In this document: positions 39,921 to 51,805 of the stretch, piece after piece
Layout: the number at the start of each line of letters is the position of its first letter
How positions within the stretch are numbered: the first letter of the stretch is position 1
Source of the DNA: Monocercomonoides exilis PA203
Lineage: Eukaryota; Protista; Preaxostyla
Assembly: GCA_001643675.2 (NCBI GenBank)
Contig: LSRY02000005.1
Coordinates: 1,922,001 to 1,986,000 of the forward strand
Reading direction: 5' to 3'
Length of the DNA stretch: 64,000 bases
The notes under the pieces: generated by a model
The model's database searches: none
What the model was told of the DNA's origin: nothing
What the model saw: only the letters and a program-made list of their open reading frames with translations
Made by a program: the position numbers and the translations under genes

Positions 39921-42488
39921 AAGAAAGAGAAAGAGAAAGAGAAAGAAAGAAGGAGGAGAGAAGAGGAAGGGGTTGTTATTGGAGAAGGGAGAAAGAGCGA
40001 AAGGGAGAAGGAGGGAATTAAAGAGAAAATGATTAAATAAATAAATTAGAAAGCAAATAATGAATAGAGAAAAAGATAGATCATAAAGATAAATATAAAT
40101 AATCAAAAAATGTATTTCAAGAACTTATTTAAAAAAAAAAGAAAAGAAAAGAAATTTTTTCACACAATTTGTTTTTTCCGTTAGAAACGCCAAAGTCTTT
40201 TGGCTTTCTGAAAGAGAATGGCTCAGCAACTTGTCTGTTACATTCAGCATATCCACGTCTTTCATCAGAGAAGAAGCAAAACAGCTGGCAGAAGAAGAAG
40301 AAGAAGAGGCTGATGATAGCTTTTCTGAAGTGCTCCTTCCATCTGTGGATTCTTTGTTGATGTCTGTTGAGCTGTTTTGTTCTGCATTTCCTTCAATGTT
40401 TGTATTGATTTCTCTTTCTCCTTCTTCTTCTCCTTCTTCTTCTCTTCCTTCTTCATTTATCTCCTTCGCTTCTTTTCTTCCTTTCTTCTTATTCCTTCCT
40501 CCTTTCTTGTTCTTCTTCTTCTCCTTCTCTTCCTTCTTCTGCATCATCATGTTTGCATACATCTGCTGCTGCTGTCTCATCATAAACAGCCACATCTCTT
40601 GGGGAGTGCGGGGAACGAATGGCTGGAGTGGCTGTGCTGGTGGATTGGAGAGGGAAGAAGAAGAGGAAGAAGAAGAAGATGATGATGATGATGATTTTGA
40701 TGTTTTTGATGAGGTTGATGTGGAAGAAGATGAAGAAGCAGATGTGGAAGATTGTGTTTTATCTGATTCATTTTGTGCTGTTTGTGATGGAAATGAAGAG
40801 GCATTCTCAATCGAGTTCTGAGCATTGGAAGAAGATGATGCTGATGCTGATGCTGATGCTGAATCAACAGAAGAAGAGGAAGAAGAAGAAGCTGAAGCAG
40901 AAGAAGAAGAAGACGTGTTATTATCATTGTTGTTGTTGTTCTCTTCACCAGCAATTTCCTCTGCTTGTGATGCAACTGGCACAGTTCTGTCTGATTCCTC
41001 AGCCGTCTTCCCTTCTTTTCCTTCTCCCTTCTCCTTCTCTTCCTCCTCCTCCTCCTCCTCCTTTGCATTTCCTTCTTCTTCATTCACTCCCTCAGCATTC
41101 TCTCCTTCTTCCTGTTGAGGTTGTTGTTTTTCTTCTTCTCCTCCTTTTTCTTCTTCTTTTGTTTGTGTTTGCATTTCTTCCCTCTCTCTTGTTCCTTCTG
41201 TTCCAGATGAAGCAAACAGCTCTGAATGTTCCTCTGATTGCTCTTTTGCTTCTATCTGTTGAGTCTGTTGTGTCTGAGCATTGCTTGTGCCAGAAGCAGA
41301 CATAGACTCTTGTTCACCCTCTGTTTTAGTAGTATCAGCAGCACTTATTTCTGCTTGTTTATTCGCTTCTTTCATCTGCGCCTGACATTTTGCCACGTTT
41401 GCTGCGATGACTTCATTGACGTGTGCTTCGATTTTTTGAATGTTTGCCTCGAGCTCTGCTTCCTGCTGTTCTGTGCTCAGCGCCTTGTTGCCGGGATCCT
41501 TCCGCATCCCCTTTAGCGTGCACTCAAAGATAACATGGCCTTCAATGTCTGGGTATTTCCCTTGCAAATACTTCTCCAGCTCTCCAAAACTGCTCAGCCC
41601 ATCCTGCCCGTACAGCGCAGCCAAGGGCAGCTTGCACACGCGCGTCTCGTCTTTCTTCATTCCTACGAATGCCCGCTCAACAGCTGCTGGCAGCACAGTC
41701 TCTCCAAGCGTTGCTCGGAGCATGTTCTCTTCTTTCAGATCCGCCAGGCACGTGGAATTGTTACTTGTTCCATCATTTTCTGTTGTAATTTGAAGATCGC
41801 AACCCAAAAAGTCCTTATAAAGAACACGCCATGTCTTGATGCCTTCGTTCGTAGTTGTAACAGAAATTTTCGGATAGATCACAGAATCCTCAGATTTTGG
41901 TGAAACTTGTGAAGAGTTAGAAAATGAGGTACTTTTTTCTTTTATCTTATAGCAAATTTGCTGGAAATGTTGTGCTTGCGGTTCGTTTGCAAATTGGATA
42001 GACCAGGCTGTTAGAGATTTGTCTCGGAAAGAGAAAAATGTTCCATTTTGAATTACAACAACAAATCCAGGAGAAAACAGATCTTCTGCAAGGATAATAT
42101 TCTCGCTTTTCGACTGAGAATTGTAAATAATAAATAAATATTGAGCCGAATTAGGATTATATTCCACTGTTGTTAAAAATTGGCCGTTCATCCGATACTG
42201 ATTATCTTCGCTGAACAAATTAAAATTTTAAATAAAAATAAAACATATTAGCCATAAAATGCACGTTAATAATAACAGCATACAATCTGAAAACATTTGT
42301 AATTGCCTGAAAATATAACGTCGTTCCCTGAGTTAAAAATGAATAAAGCAAAAATTACGTTTACGACGAAAAGAATTTCAATCAAAGAATGTTCCAAATT
42401 CGAAATAAATATTAAATGAATAATGAATATTATCATGCAGCAAAGAATAAATGCAAACTTTGTTTAATTGATCAAATTGGAGGGTCAT
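36892..42488 (-). CDS. FKBP15: FKBP15 (WAFL)-like endosomal protein: WH1-like + FKBP-like + coiled coil + acidic LF-repeat tail (~1,700 aa, 4 exons)
   Basis: N-terminus YFQAITNVFRFEDNQYRMNGQF...YLFIIY...FSFRDKSLTAWSIQF resembles the FKBP15 WH1-like domain; LGETVLPAAVERAFVGMKKDETRVCKLP..LYG..VIFECTL is an FKBP fold. An intron at ~39832-40167 joins the 697-aa and 943-aa ORFs in frame. Confidence 0.8.
39847..39916. repeat. (GA)n microsatellite, the polypyrimidine tract of an FKBP15 intron
   Basis: Directly visible. Confidence 0.95.
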
Positions 42489-42756
42489 CTTTGTTTCAAT
42501 AAAATGTTAAGGTTTACTGATCTGTTCCTTTCTAACAAAAGCAAATTTTCAAATATCTTTTGAAATAAAATTTTCAGTAGTTTGACTCAATGGCATATAA
42601 AAATTAATGAATGAAATACAAAAACAAACTTGTTAATAATCAGATTTAAAAAAAGAGTAAAATTATGTAAAGAGAGAACTAATGAATTACAATCTTTGAA
42701 AAAAAAATAAAAAGAACAATGAACAAAAGTGATTTATTTAAATAAAGCTTTAAAAT

Positions 42757-43879
42757 CTAGAGTCGAACAAATTGTCTGTTTGAATGATAGACAGTATGGT
42801 ATTGAAGTGGAGAATGAAGAGAATGTTTTTGTTTTTCGTAAGGTTCAGCTGCCTTATTGAGGTAGTGAAGAATGATATCGTCCCATGCATCTACTGGAGA
42901 GAACTTGTATGTTTCGTACAATGAAGAAATCTCTACGTTGTGAAAGCGACCTTCAAAGGCAAATTGCAGTTTATGGCATATGCATTTTGTAATAAAAAGC
43001 CTGAGTAAATGAATGGGGAAAAATTGAGGTGAAAAATTAAACGTTTAAAAAGAGAAGTATTAAAAAAAAAAATACTCTTCTCTGATGCTTTCTCGCTGTT
43101 TGCTGCCCTCCTGCAGAACGCTGTCAATAAGCTCTGCTGAAACATCAATAGCATCCTTCATTCTTTCATGAATTGAAGATTGTTCCGCTTTGAACGATTG
43201 AATTTCTTCTTGTCCTTCTTCAATAGCTGATTCCAATCCTGAATGAAGTTCTGTACTTTCATGCTCTAGCTTTTGAAGTGTTGAAAATAGTTCAATTTCT
43301 TCACTCATCAGTCTTTCTTTTTCTTCTTGAAAGCGAATTGTTTCTTCTTCCAATGCTTGTTGGTGTTCCCTACATAGGCGTTCGATTTCAGAACGAATTT
43401 GTGCTGGAAGGACTTGTTTTTTTGGAGATTTGCTGCTTGAATGATTCTTTCTTGATATGTCTTCAGGAGTATGCAGTGCTGTAACTTTTTTTGCAGAAGA
43501 CTTTTCTCTTGAAGGAGTAAATTCTTTGAAAACATAAAAAAAATTTTTTTTTTATATCAAACAGGGAAAAAAAATGAATGCATTTCAAACTTTGTGGTGA
43601 CGAGCGTTGTGGAGTGGAAGCTTTTAGTTGAGCATGTGTAGATGGATTAGCTTCTTGCAGATTCCAAAGTTCAGGAGCAAGCTCCATTGATGGTGAAACA
43701 TTTGGTTCGGCCTCTTCAGGCTCATTGTCCATCAAGCGAGAATCTTGGTACTCATCCCACACTGGAGCTTGGTTTTTTGTGCACTTTGAATAAGGAGAAT
43801 GATGTTCGTTCAGAAGCTTTTGATAAGGATAATTTAAATGCTGAGCACTATCTTGCATAGAAAGAACAAAATCCGTCAT
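42757..43879 (-). CDS. Hypothetical coiled-coil protein (multi-exon; 5' end uncertain)
   Basis: Exon-like blocks 43590-43879, 43080-43490 (EEETIRFQEEKERLMSEEIELFSTLQKLEHE) and 42757-42933, separated by AT-rich GT-AG gaps. Confidence 0.55.
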
Positions 43880-44309
43880 GGGTTAAATTGCAGTATCAAA
43901 AAAAGAATTTGAATTTGTAACTTTATGTTTAAGGGATAACATATAATTTATTTTTGATTGTCATCTCCTTTTTAGTATTGAACAGATTATCAATTGATCT
44001 CATGACTGTCTTGTTTTTAGAGAATAATATTAACAGAGTTATTGGAATTCAAAGAAACGTTATCAAATAATTAACTTAATAAAAAATATATTTAAATAAT
44101 CTCTGAAAAAATGCAAATGTTTGCACATTTATATTATTGTAATAATTATTGAAGTTTCACCCCTCAATGTTGAAACAATGCAAAATAACTCAAAAACGCT
44201 TGAAGTGGTTAAAAGTGGAAAAAATCTACTTTTCACTATATGTACAAAAAAACATAAAAAATACATTTAAAGAAATGAAAGAATAATCTTCAAATATTGA
44301 ATAATTCGT

Positions 44310-45136
44310 TTAATTTTTACGGCCCCTTCTTCCTCTACCTCCTCTTTTTGCTGCGGGCTGTGGTTGTGCAGTTTTTTCTTCTTCTTCTCCTCCTTCTCCT
44401 TGCTCATTTATCTCTCCTTCAGCTTGTCCCAGCCCGTTTTCAGGGTTTTCATCAACCTTGACTTCCGAAACAGAATCTGTTGGAGCAGCTTCTGTGGTTG
44501 TTTGTTCTTGTTCTGCTTGTATTTCTTGTGGAAGTTCTGCCTGAGTAACTGGGGCATCCGTTGAAGAAGTAGATTCTGATTCAATAGAGGTATTTCCGTG
44601 TTGCAATTCTTCTTCTCCTTCTTCAGCAAATGTTACGCTTACTGATTCTCCCTCAAAGCGTTTTTTGCGGAGAATTCTCATTTCTTCTATTGTTAATTTT
44701 GGATCTAATCCAAATCTTTCAGCTCGCTGTTTTTTCATCAAAGTCTGATAATAAAACTGTTAAAATATTCCACGACGCAAACGCATAAAATAAATTAAAT
44801 AAAAACAAAAGAAAATTTTTTGGAAGAAGATTTAAAATTAAAATAAACCTGTTGCTCCTTGTCCTCATCAATTGTTGATTGAGTAATCAACGGCTGTGAT
44901 TGAACAGGAACTGTCAAAGGCATCTTTGATGATAATGTCGTATGTGTAGTTTTAGCTTCATCAATTCCAGTTTGAAACCTCTTCATTCTTTCTTCGCGCT
45001 TCTTGTAAAGTTCATTATCAACTGATTTCCGAGATATGCCGACATCGGATCTTGTTGGAAGCGAATCTTGAAGTTGAGATCCAGTTGTAAATCTTCGTCT
45101 CCTCTCTTCAATTCGTGAACTTGATGCAGGATTCAT
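44310..45136 (-). CDS. Tho1/MOS11/SARNP-like mRNA export factor (2 exons, no SAP domain seen)
   Basis: Repeated R-x-x-R-F motifs: EERRRRF, REERMKRFQTG, KKQRAERFGL, LRKKRFEG; C-terminal RGG. Confidence 0.7.
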
Positions 45137-45391
45137 AAAGAAAAGCAATTTTGAAAGATCAAAGACTATACTTTATATAAACGATATGCAAAAAATATTA
45201 TTTATTTATAAATCACAATTTTAATTTGTTGAAGACTTTTGTTTGGCTTCTATTTTTCATGATTTTCGTTTTTATTATCACTTCTTTGTGTTAGAAAAGG
45301 AAAAAAAAAACAATAAAACAAGCTGTTTTTTCAAAAATCATCTTCAGATGTGTTTATGGTTTAAGATCTTTGATCATTTTTTGTATTGGTT

Positions 45392-46222
45392 ATGACTTAT
45401 CCTTATTCCGGATATCAACCTTCAACCACAAGTTACGGGCCATCTGGCGCTCCTCCGTACGCATCATCGAGCGGCTATGGACAAATGGGGCCTTCGTATG
45501 GATACAGTGCTCCACTTGCTCCAGGATATCAACCTCCACCGGATCGAAGGCAAATGGAAATACAATTGAATGCATATTATGCAGGTGCTTGCAGCGATGG
45601 AGTAATTGATACCAATGAAGTTATGAATGCTGTTAAACTTTTTGGAATTACGATTGATATAACAACTGCAAGATCATTACTTCAACAAATAGCAGGTCCT
45701 GCAAGGCACATTAACCAAGCAGGATTCACAAATACTATTATTGATTTTGTTCTTTCTCGTCGGCCACCTCCGTGTTATTACTCATCTCAAAGTTATGGAT
45801 CACCTGCTCCGCCGTATTCTTCTCCAACTTACGGGTCACCAAGTTATGGAGCTCCACCTCCTCCTCCACCTGGATATGGTGGGTTTGCACCTCCTCCTCC
45901 GGCTCCTCCCCCTGCTCCGATACCCACTTCCCTTCCTCCTGGATACTCTCCACCTCCAGGAGCAATTACTGCCGGTCCGAGTGCCACTTATCCGAATGCA
46001 CAAGTTGCTTCGGGTTTGACTAAGTTCTATGCTGAAGCTGCAGCGGATGGGACCATTGATGGAAATGAAGTTATTAAAGCTTGTAGAATGTTTGGTGTTG
46101 GGTGCGATATGGCCGGAGCTTCTCAATTGCTCGCCATTGTTGCTGCGCCAGAAGGAAGAATAACACAAAGCAAATTTGTTCATCACATTGGAGTATATAT
46201 TACTCGAAACTTGAAATACTAA
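45392..46222 (+). CDS. Pro/Tyr/Gly-rich protein with two tandem EF-hand-like modules
   Basis: Intronless 276-aa ORF with two repeats: YYAGACSDGVIDTNEVMNAVKLFG and FYAEAAADGTIDGNEVIKACRMFG, each preceded by a PYG-rich segment. Confidence 0.75.
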   Translation: MTYPYSGYQPSTTSYGPSGAPPYASSSGYGQMGPSYGYSAPLAPGYQPPPDRRQMEIQLNAYYAGACSDGVIDTNEVMNAVKLFGITIDITTARSLLQQIAGPARHINQAGFTNTIIDFVLSRRPPPCYYSSQSYGSPAPPYSSPTYGSPSYGAPPPPPPGYGGFAPPPPAPPPAPIPTSLPPGYSPPPGAITAGPSATYPNAQVASGLTKFYAEAAADGTIDGNEVIKACRMFGVGCDMAGASQLLAIVAAPEGRITQSKFVHHIGVYITRNLKY

Positions 46223-47219
46223 AAGCGTGTTCATTTCATTGGAGTACTGTGAATTTTTGATTTATGGATTTGATTTATTGGGTTTTGAGCGTATTTGCCT
46301 TTAGCTTTCCTTTTTTTATTAAATATAGTTTTTTTTTAAACTAATTTTTGAGATTATTGAATTCAAATTTCTATAAGCATTTGATGTGGTTTTCACATTC
46401 ACATTTTTTAAGTAATTTTCTTTCAAAACGACTTCAATTTTTCTTTGAAAAGTAAATGGAGTATTTTTTTTAAAGTTTTGGAGCTTAAGCTTTCATTGCT
46501 TTCAGATTTTTTTCTTATTTTTATTGTTTGGACTCTGTAATAATTCAATTCAAATTTTTTTGACATTTTTTTCAAAATGATTTAAGGTTTTCAGTAAAAA
46601 TAACAGAACAAATTTCTACTTTTATGAATTGCTTTTATTTGTCTGTTCTAGAAAATGACTGATAAATTAAGTTTAAAGGCTTTTGGTAATTACGATGAGA
46701 TTGCACTAATTCATATTTCAGTTTCAAAAAATTGTTTTTTAATACATTCAGGTACGAAGCTAATTGTTATTTATAAAAATGAATTCAAGATGTCTTTTTG
46801 AAAAGGAAGATAAAACTATGGATCAGTTGAGAAATTCTTAATCCAAGTATTCTCAAAAATTCAAATATTGAGTTCATTGGCGGACAAAAGAAATTTATTT
46901 GATAAAATTGTTGCAATTCTTTGTTATTCATGCACCATTCAACTTTGGCCATTATTTTTTGAGAAATCTTCCTTCAAGCTATTTTCTTCAAAGTGGAGGA
47001 GATTGAGGAGAATAAAATATTATGGATTTCTTTTCAAAAAGCGATATATCTTATTTTGAAATAGCTGAATAAAATAGAAGGAAAAGGAAAAGGATAAGAA
47101 ATGATGTGAATGTTCTCAGTGACAGAAGATCATGAATGGAGCATAGACTCCTTGATCGAGAAACTCTGATCTTCATTCTTTCCTATTAAAGATTCTTATC
47201 AACCATATTGTCAGAATTA

Positions 47220-48030
47220 ATGAAGCAACTGACAAATGCAATCTTTTCTTCATGTTTAACTGAAGCGACTGCAAAAGTTTGACTGAGGATGTTCTCGAGA
47301 AAGAAGAAAAAGAAGAAGCAGGAAAAACTTTCAGATAATTTCCGCTCGATGGTGAGGAGAAAAAGGACGATTTTCTTCTGAATGCATTTATTTCAAAAAA
47401 GATAAATTGATGAGATGTTCAATTTTCAGATATCCCTTTGTTTTCATGCAATGGCAATGATTGCAAAAGAAGGATTTCAGGGCTGCTAAATGATTGTTTC
47501 CATTCAAATAATTCCAAAGTGAATGATCGAAATAACAGTTTCACTCTTCATTCGCTTTGAAAAGCAACAGTCTCTTCATGTGTGTTTCTCCAGACAGTTC
47601 CTCCTTCACATTTCCAGATGCAAAAGAATAAAGAAGTGTTTCTTTCTCTCCATTTCAAATGAAATATTCCCTTGTCTTTTTCCTTTGTCATTTGAATATT
47701 TTTCTTTTCAAAGACAATGGATTTCACTTCCAGATGAATTCAATAAATTGATTGAAATTGATATATCCTCAAGTGTGTGGCTTCGCTCTTTGTTGTTGAA
47801 GCTGACCTTCACAAATTGTTTTTGTTCACAACAAAAAAGAAATTGCACAATTTATGACGAAAGAAATTGAACGTATTTTTGAATCAATCAAAGCTTGCCT
47901 CTTCCACTCATCTCATTGGTGGCTCTCCTTCTTATCTGCATGATGATAAATGCTTTTGTACAATCTTGATTGATGTCAATGTTAATTCTTCACTTCTTTC
48001 CTTTCAACAATCTTTTCAACTTCCTTGAGC
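47220..48030. repeat. Dispersed ~0.8-kb repeat, copy 1 (direct repeat of 61870-62670)
   Basis: Shared blocks such as AAAAGAAGGATTTCAGG, GTTCCTCCTTCACA, ATTCCCTTGTCT, CTTCCAGATGAATT and GACCTTCACAAATTGTTTTTGTTCACAACAAAAAAGA in the same order and orientation. Confidence 0.85.
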
Positions 48031-48067
48031 TGAAGTGAAAAAAATAAAAAAGAGTTTAAGAATCATA

Positions 48068-50112
48068 TAGGGTCATCTTTTAATTGGCACTTTTTTCTTT
48101 ATTGGCACCAAAATTTTTTGAAATGAAAAAAAATTAAAAACACATCAAAAAAATTCAAAACTCGAATCAATTACTCTTCTCACTTTTCTTTTTCCATTTT
48201 CACGTTCATACGGGTCAAATTCATCACTTGTTTCATTGTCATCATTTTTAATTTTTCTGAATTTTCTTTTCACTTTTTTCTCCAAAGGCAATTCTTCTTC
48301 TTCAATTTCCTTTTCTTTTTCAACATTTTCTTCAATTTCCTTTTCTTTTTCTTCAGTTTCTTCAATTTTCATCTTGTGCTTTTCATTATATTCATCCCAT
48401 TCATCAAGAAACTTTTCTTTTGTTATTTCTTTTCCGAAGAAGTCGAAACAATGTGAATGAGAAGGAATGAAGTATTGAGAAGACTGAGGAAGCTTCATTA
48501 GCACAGATCCAGATCCATTGTTGAGGACACCGCTGTTAATGAAGGCTTTTTTGATGACTGATGTGGTGAATGCTGTATGAAGGGCTTGTGGCAACACATC
48601 TGCAACAGCTGTTCTTTTTGAAGATGAGGAGGTGGGTGATGGAGAGCTGTAATTGTTTGAAAGCTCCGACTTCAATACTGCAAATACGCCTCTGTCCAGC
48701 TGTTACGATATGTGTGTGGTGTGTGGAACGAAGGTGACGACGTCAATTTCCGCTTCTTTGAACTGTCTCCATATCATTGGATCTGCCCGTGATGAGTGTG
48801 AATCCAGGAGAAGAAGGCAACGATGAGATTCCTTTAGAATTCGCTTTCTTCTGTCAATGATAGCTGGCAGCAGGACTGTTAAGGCGTATTTTTTGAATGC
48901 TGTTTTGTCCATCCAGCGGTTTGTATTTGGCCAAATGTCAAGCGACGGCGTCAACAGCGTTGTAAGTTCTTTCGGAAGATATGCGCTCGGCCACAGCACG
49001 ACAGACGGAAGCGAGAAGCCATCAGCAGCGATTCCAGCAACGAGAGTGGCATTCGGCATCCGTTCTGCAGTCTTTTTGAATCCAGCTTGTTCATCTGCAG
49101 GATGAACAACACCGCCAGGTGTTGAAGTCGGAATGCGAAGCGAAGATTCCATTATATTGAAAATTAATTCCTTTGGATATTTATTTGTTTCGTGTAATAC
49201 TTGTAATTCGGTGAACCACTGCTAAAGGACTTTCTGACAAGATGCTGCAAGTCTGTTGATATCAACTTGCTTTAACAGCGAGGACTTCAGTTCCGGATGT
49301 CTCTGTATGAAGGCGTAAACTGTCTTCTAAGTTACAGTCTTTTTCTTATTTTCATCTTTTTCTCCTTCTTCTTCACTATCGTTAATTATATTTTCCATCT
49401 GAATACCAATTAATATATAATTCAAATATCAATTTCAAACCAGATCGGGCGCTTTTTGTAACGTGAGACTTGTCCCAGATCGAGATTTATTTGTGACTTC
49501 TTCTAAGAATTGCTTTTCTTTTTCTCCACTTATAATTGGTGGGTGCCCAACTTTTGCAATCGGCCTGACGTTTTTTATCTCCTTTTCAGCGTGCTCCTAA
49601 GTTTTTTTGCTGATTCCACCGTATTTGACTCCATCGACCAGCCTGACAACATTGTCATTTTCAATGTGTGAGATCCTTTCTAATCTTGTACTATATTTTC
49701 TGAAATGCAATGCAAACATTGCTTCCTTCAGCCGCTTTTGCACTGCTTCAGCTTTCTTTTTCACTGGAAATTACATATAAATAATATGCAAATGATCATT
49801 TGTTAATATTTTTATTTATTAATTCTCATTGAAGATTTTTTGAAATTAAAATTTTATATTTTTGAATGAATAATAAAGATTTGCAAACTTTTGTGCAGTC
49901 CAATTTTTCATGAAAGCTCAATAGAAGGACTTGAATCACTCCATTTCCCCTCCACAAGAAATTGGATATCTTTCGAAATTTTAATATATTGAATACCTGA
50001 CATTGGAATATATACCTAAAATATTTCTTTAATATCATTTGTGGGTCAGATTAATTTTTATTTAAAAAAAAATGCCAATAATGAAAAAAGTGCCAATAAA
50101 AAGATGACCCTA
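48068..50112 (-). mobile_element. Full-length pogo/Tc5-type (DDE_1) DNA transposon, 2,045 bp
   Basis: 40-bp TIRs TAGGGTCATCTTTT(A/T)ATTGGCACTTTTTTC(T/A)TTATTGGCA (38/40) at 48068-48107 and 50073-50112, flanked by TA on both sides. Confidence 0.93.
48145..50003 (-). pseudogene. pogo-like transposase pseudogene (3 exons, 5 in-frame stops)
   Basis: IFNIMESS (first catalytic D lost), TLVAGIAADG, WMDKTAF, LLLLDSHSSR, FVPHTTHIS*QLDRGVFAVLK form a DDE_1 D-D-D core. Introns at ~49765-49888 and ~49399-49440. Confidence 0.9.
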
Positions 50113-50114
50113 TA

Positions 50115-50372
50115 TAAGTGATAATTAATGAAAACAAAACATTTTTCGGAGAGTTTGAAACAATGCAAATTCATTGCCATTGGATTAATAATTTTTATTA
50201 TAATGGAAAATGTTATTAAATCATATCAAAAGCCCTATTATGAATTGAAATGATTGAAGAGGCGTCAGAAAATGAATTCATCACTTTTTTGGATTAATTT
50301 ATGATTATTCATAACTAACATTTATCTCGAAATTTTAATCGGAAAAAATTCGATTACAAAAATAATCACCCA
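50115..50372. mobile_element. 258-bp TA-MITE copy abutting the pogo right TIR
   Basis: Right TIR GATTACAAAAATAATCACCCA|TA; degenerate left TIR TAAGTGATAATTAATGAAAACA...TTTTCGGAG. Same length as 50707-50964; shares the TA at 50113-50114 with the pogo element. Confidence 0.78.
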
Positions 50373-50533
50373 TATTTGTTTGTTCGTTCGTTTAATTATA
50401 TGATTGTTTGTGTTTGGAAAGAAGTGATATTTTTTAATCAATATTTGGAATGAAATTGTATTTTCTTATTGAAGAAACTCGGATCATTAATTCGAACAAT
50501 AACAAGAATAAAATCGAGCGATTCTCCATTAAT

Positions 50534-51805
50534 AAGTGTCAACTTTTTGAAGTGACTTTTTCCTTTATTGGCACTTTTTTTGTTTTTGCATTCCAGTCTT
50601 TCAATGAAGCCAGATGGACCTCAACACTCGGATGAGTGTGTTTATAAAACAAATACATTAAATTACTGGTTTGTTTTTCAAATTTTGTTTAATCTTCGTT
50701 GAGATATGGGTGATTATTTTTGAAATCATAACTATTTTCGGAGTGTTGTTTATTACGGATATTCATTATCATTGAAAATAAATTTATCATTGAAATATGA
50801 AAATTTATTCAACTATATCAAAAGCAAGTGTTTGATGTGAAAGAGAGACAGAAATGTTTTTGTTGGAGTTATCACTTTTCTGTGCTCATTAACAAAAATT
50901 CAAAACAAAATCATCAATCCGAAAATTTTGTTCGAAAAAATATGATTTCAAAAATAATCACCCATATAGCAATATTTTTTTATTTTGAAGTGACTTTTTT
51001 CAGCCGAAGAAGCGTTTCACAAAATTTTGAAATACATTTTTAAAAACTACTAGCATTATCCTTTTAAAATTCAAAATCTTAAGTTTACAACTTGTTTTTT
51101 CTTGATTTTTTCACATTTCAATTTTTTCTCAACATTCGAACACAATTTTGAAAATTTCTTTGTTGTTAAAATGAAGTGTTAAAAATAAAAAATATGATAT
51201 GAAAATTACACACTCTTATGAAGAAGTGTGAAAAAGGTTGAACATTAAATTTTTATATTTGCATCAAACAAGTGAATGGTCATGAAATTGAATGATCTGA
51301 GATCAAACTTATTCCATTTTGATGTGTTTGATGCAAATAGAAAATTTCAATGTTCAACCTGTTTCACACATCTTTATGAGAGTGTGTGATTTTCATATCA
51401 TATTTTTAATTTTTAACACTTCATTTGAACAACAAAGAAATTTTCAAATTTGTGTTCGAATGTTGAGAAAAAATTGAAATTTGAAAAAATCAAGAAAAAA
51501 CAAGTTGTTAAACTTAAGATTTTGAATATAAAAAGGATAATTCCAGTAGTTTTGAAAAATGGATTTCAAAATTTTGTGAGTTGCCTGGTTCGCTGAGAAA
51601 AGTGACTTTTGAAAATACAAATAAAATTCGATAACTCAGTGAGAATCAAACAAAAATAATAAAACAAACTTGTAATGAATTGTTTAAAAGTTGTCAGAAC
51701 ATTGAATAAAAGTGAAAAAAGCTAATCAATGTTTGTTGAAAGATGGCATTCAAAAACAAAAAATGTACCAATAAGGGAAAAAGTCTTAATAAAAAGTTGA
51801 CCCTA
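50534..51805. mobile_element. ~1.27-kb palindromic (foldback) non-autonomous element with pogo-like termini
   Basis: 51017-51270 is the reverse complement of 51325-51580 (about 90% by eye); outer arms 50534-50600 and 51735-51805 also pair. Terminus TAGGGTCAACTTTTTATT resembles the neighbouring pogo TIR. Confidence 0.88.
50707..50964. mobile_element. 258-bp MITE with perfect TIRs, nested in the foldback's left arm
   Basis: TA|TGGGTGATTATTTTTGAAATCATA ... TATGATTTCAAAAATAATCACCCA|TA: perfect 24-bp TIR plus TA TSD. Absent from the right arm. Confidence 0.93.

Noticed and set aside
48145-50003. TAA/TAG=Gln recoding (horizontal transfer from a TAR-recoded relative) as the explanation for the pogo stops
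   Set aside because: Four stops are TAR and the gene ends in TGA, but predicted exon 1 also has an in-frame TGA, most Gln codons are CAA/CAG, the first catalytic Asp is lost, and host genes end in TAA/TAG.
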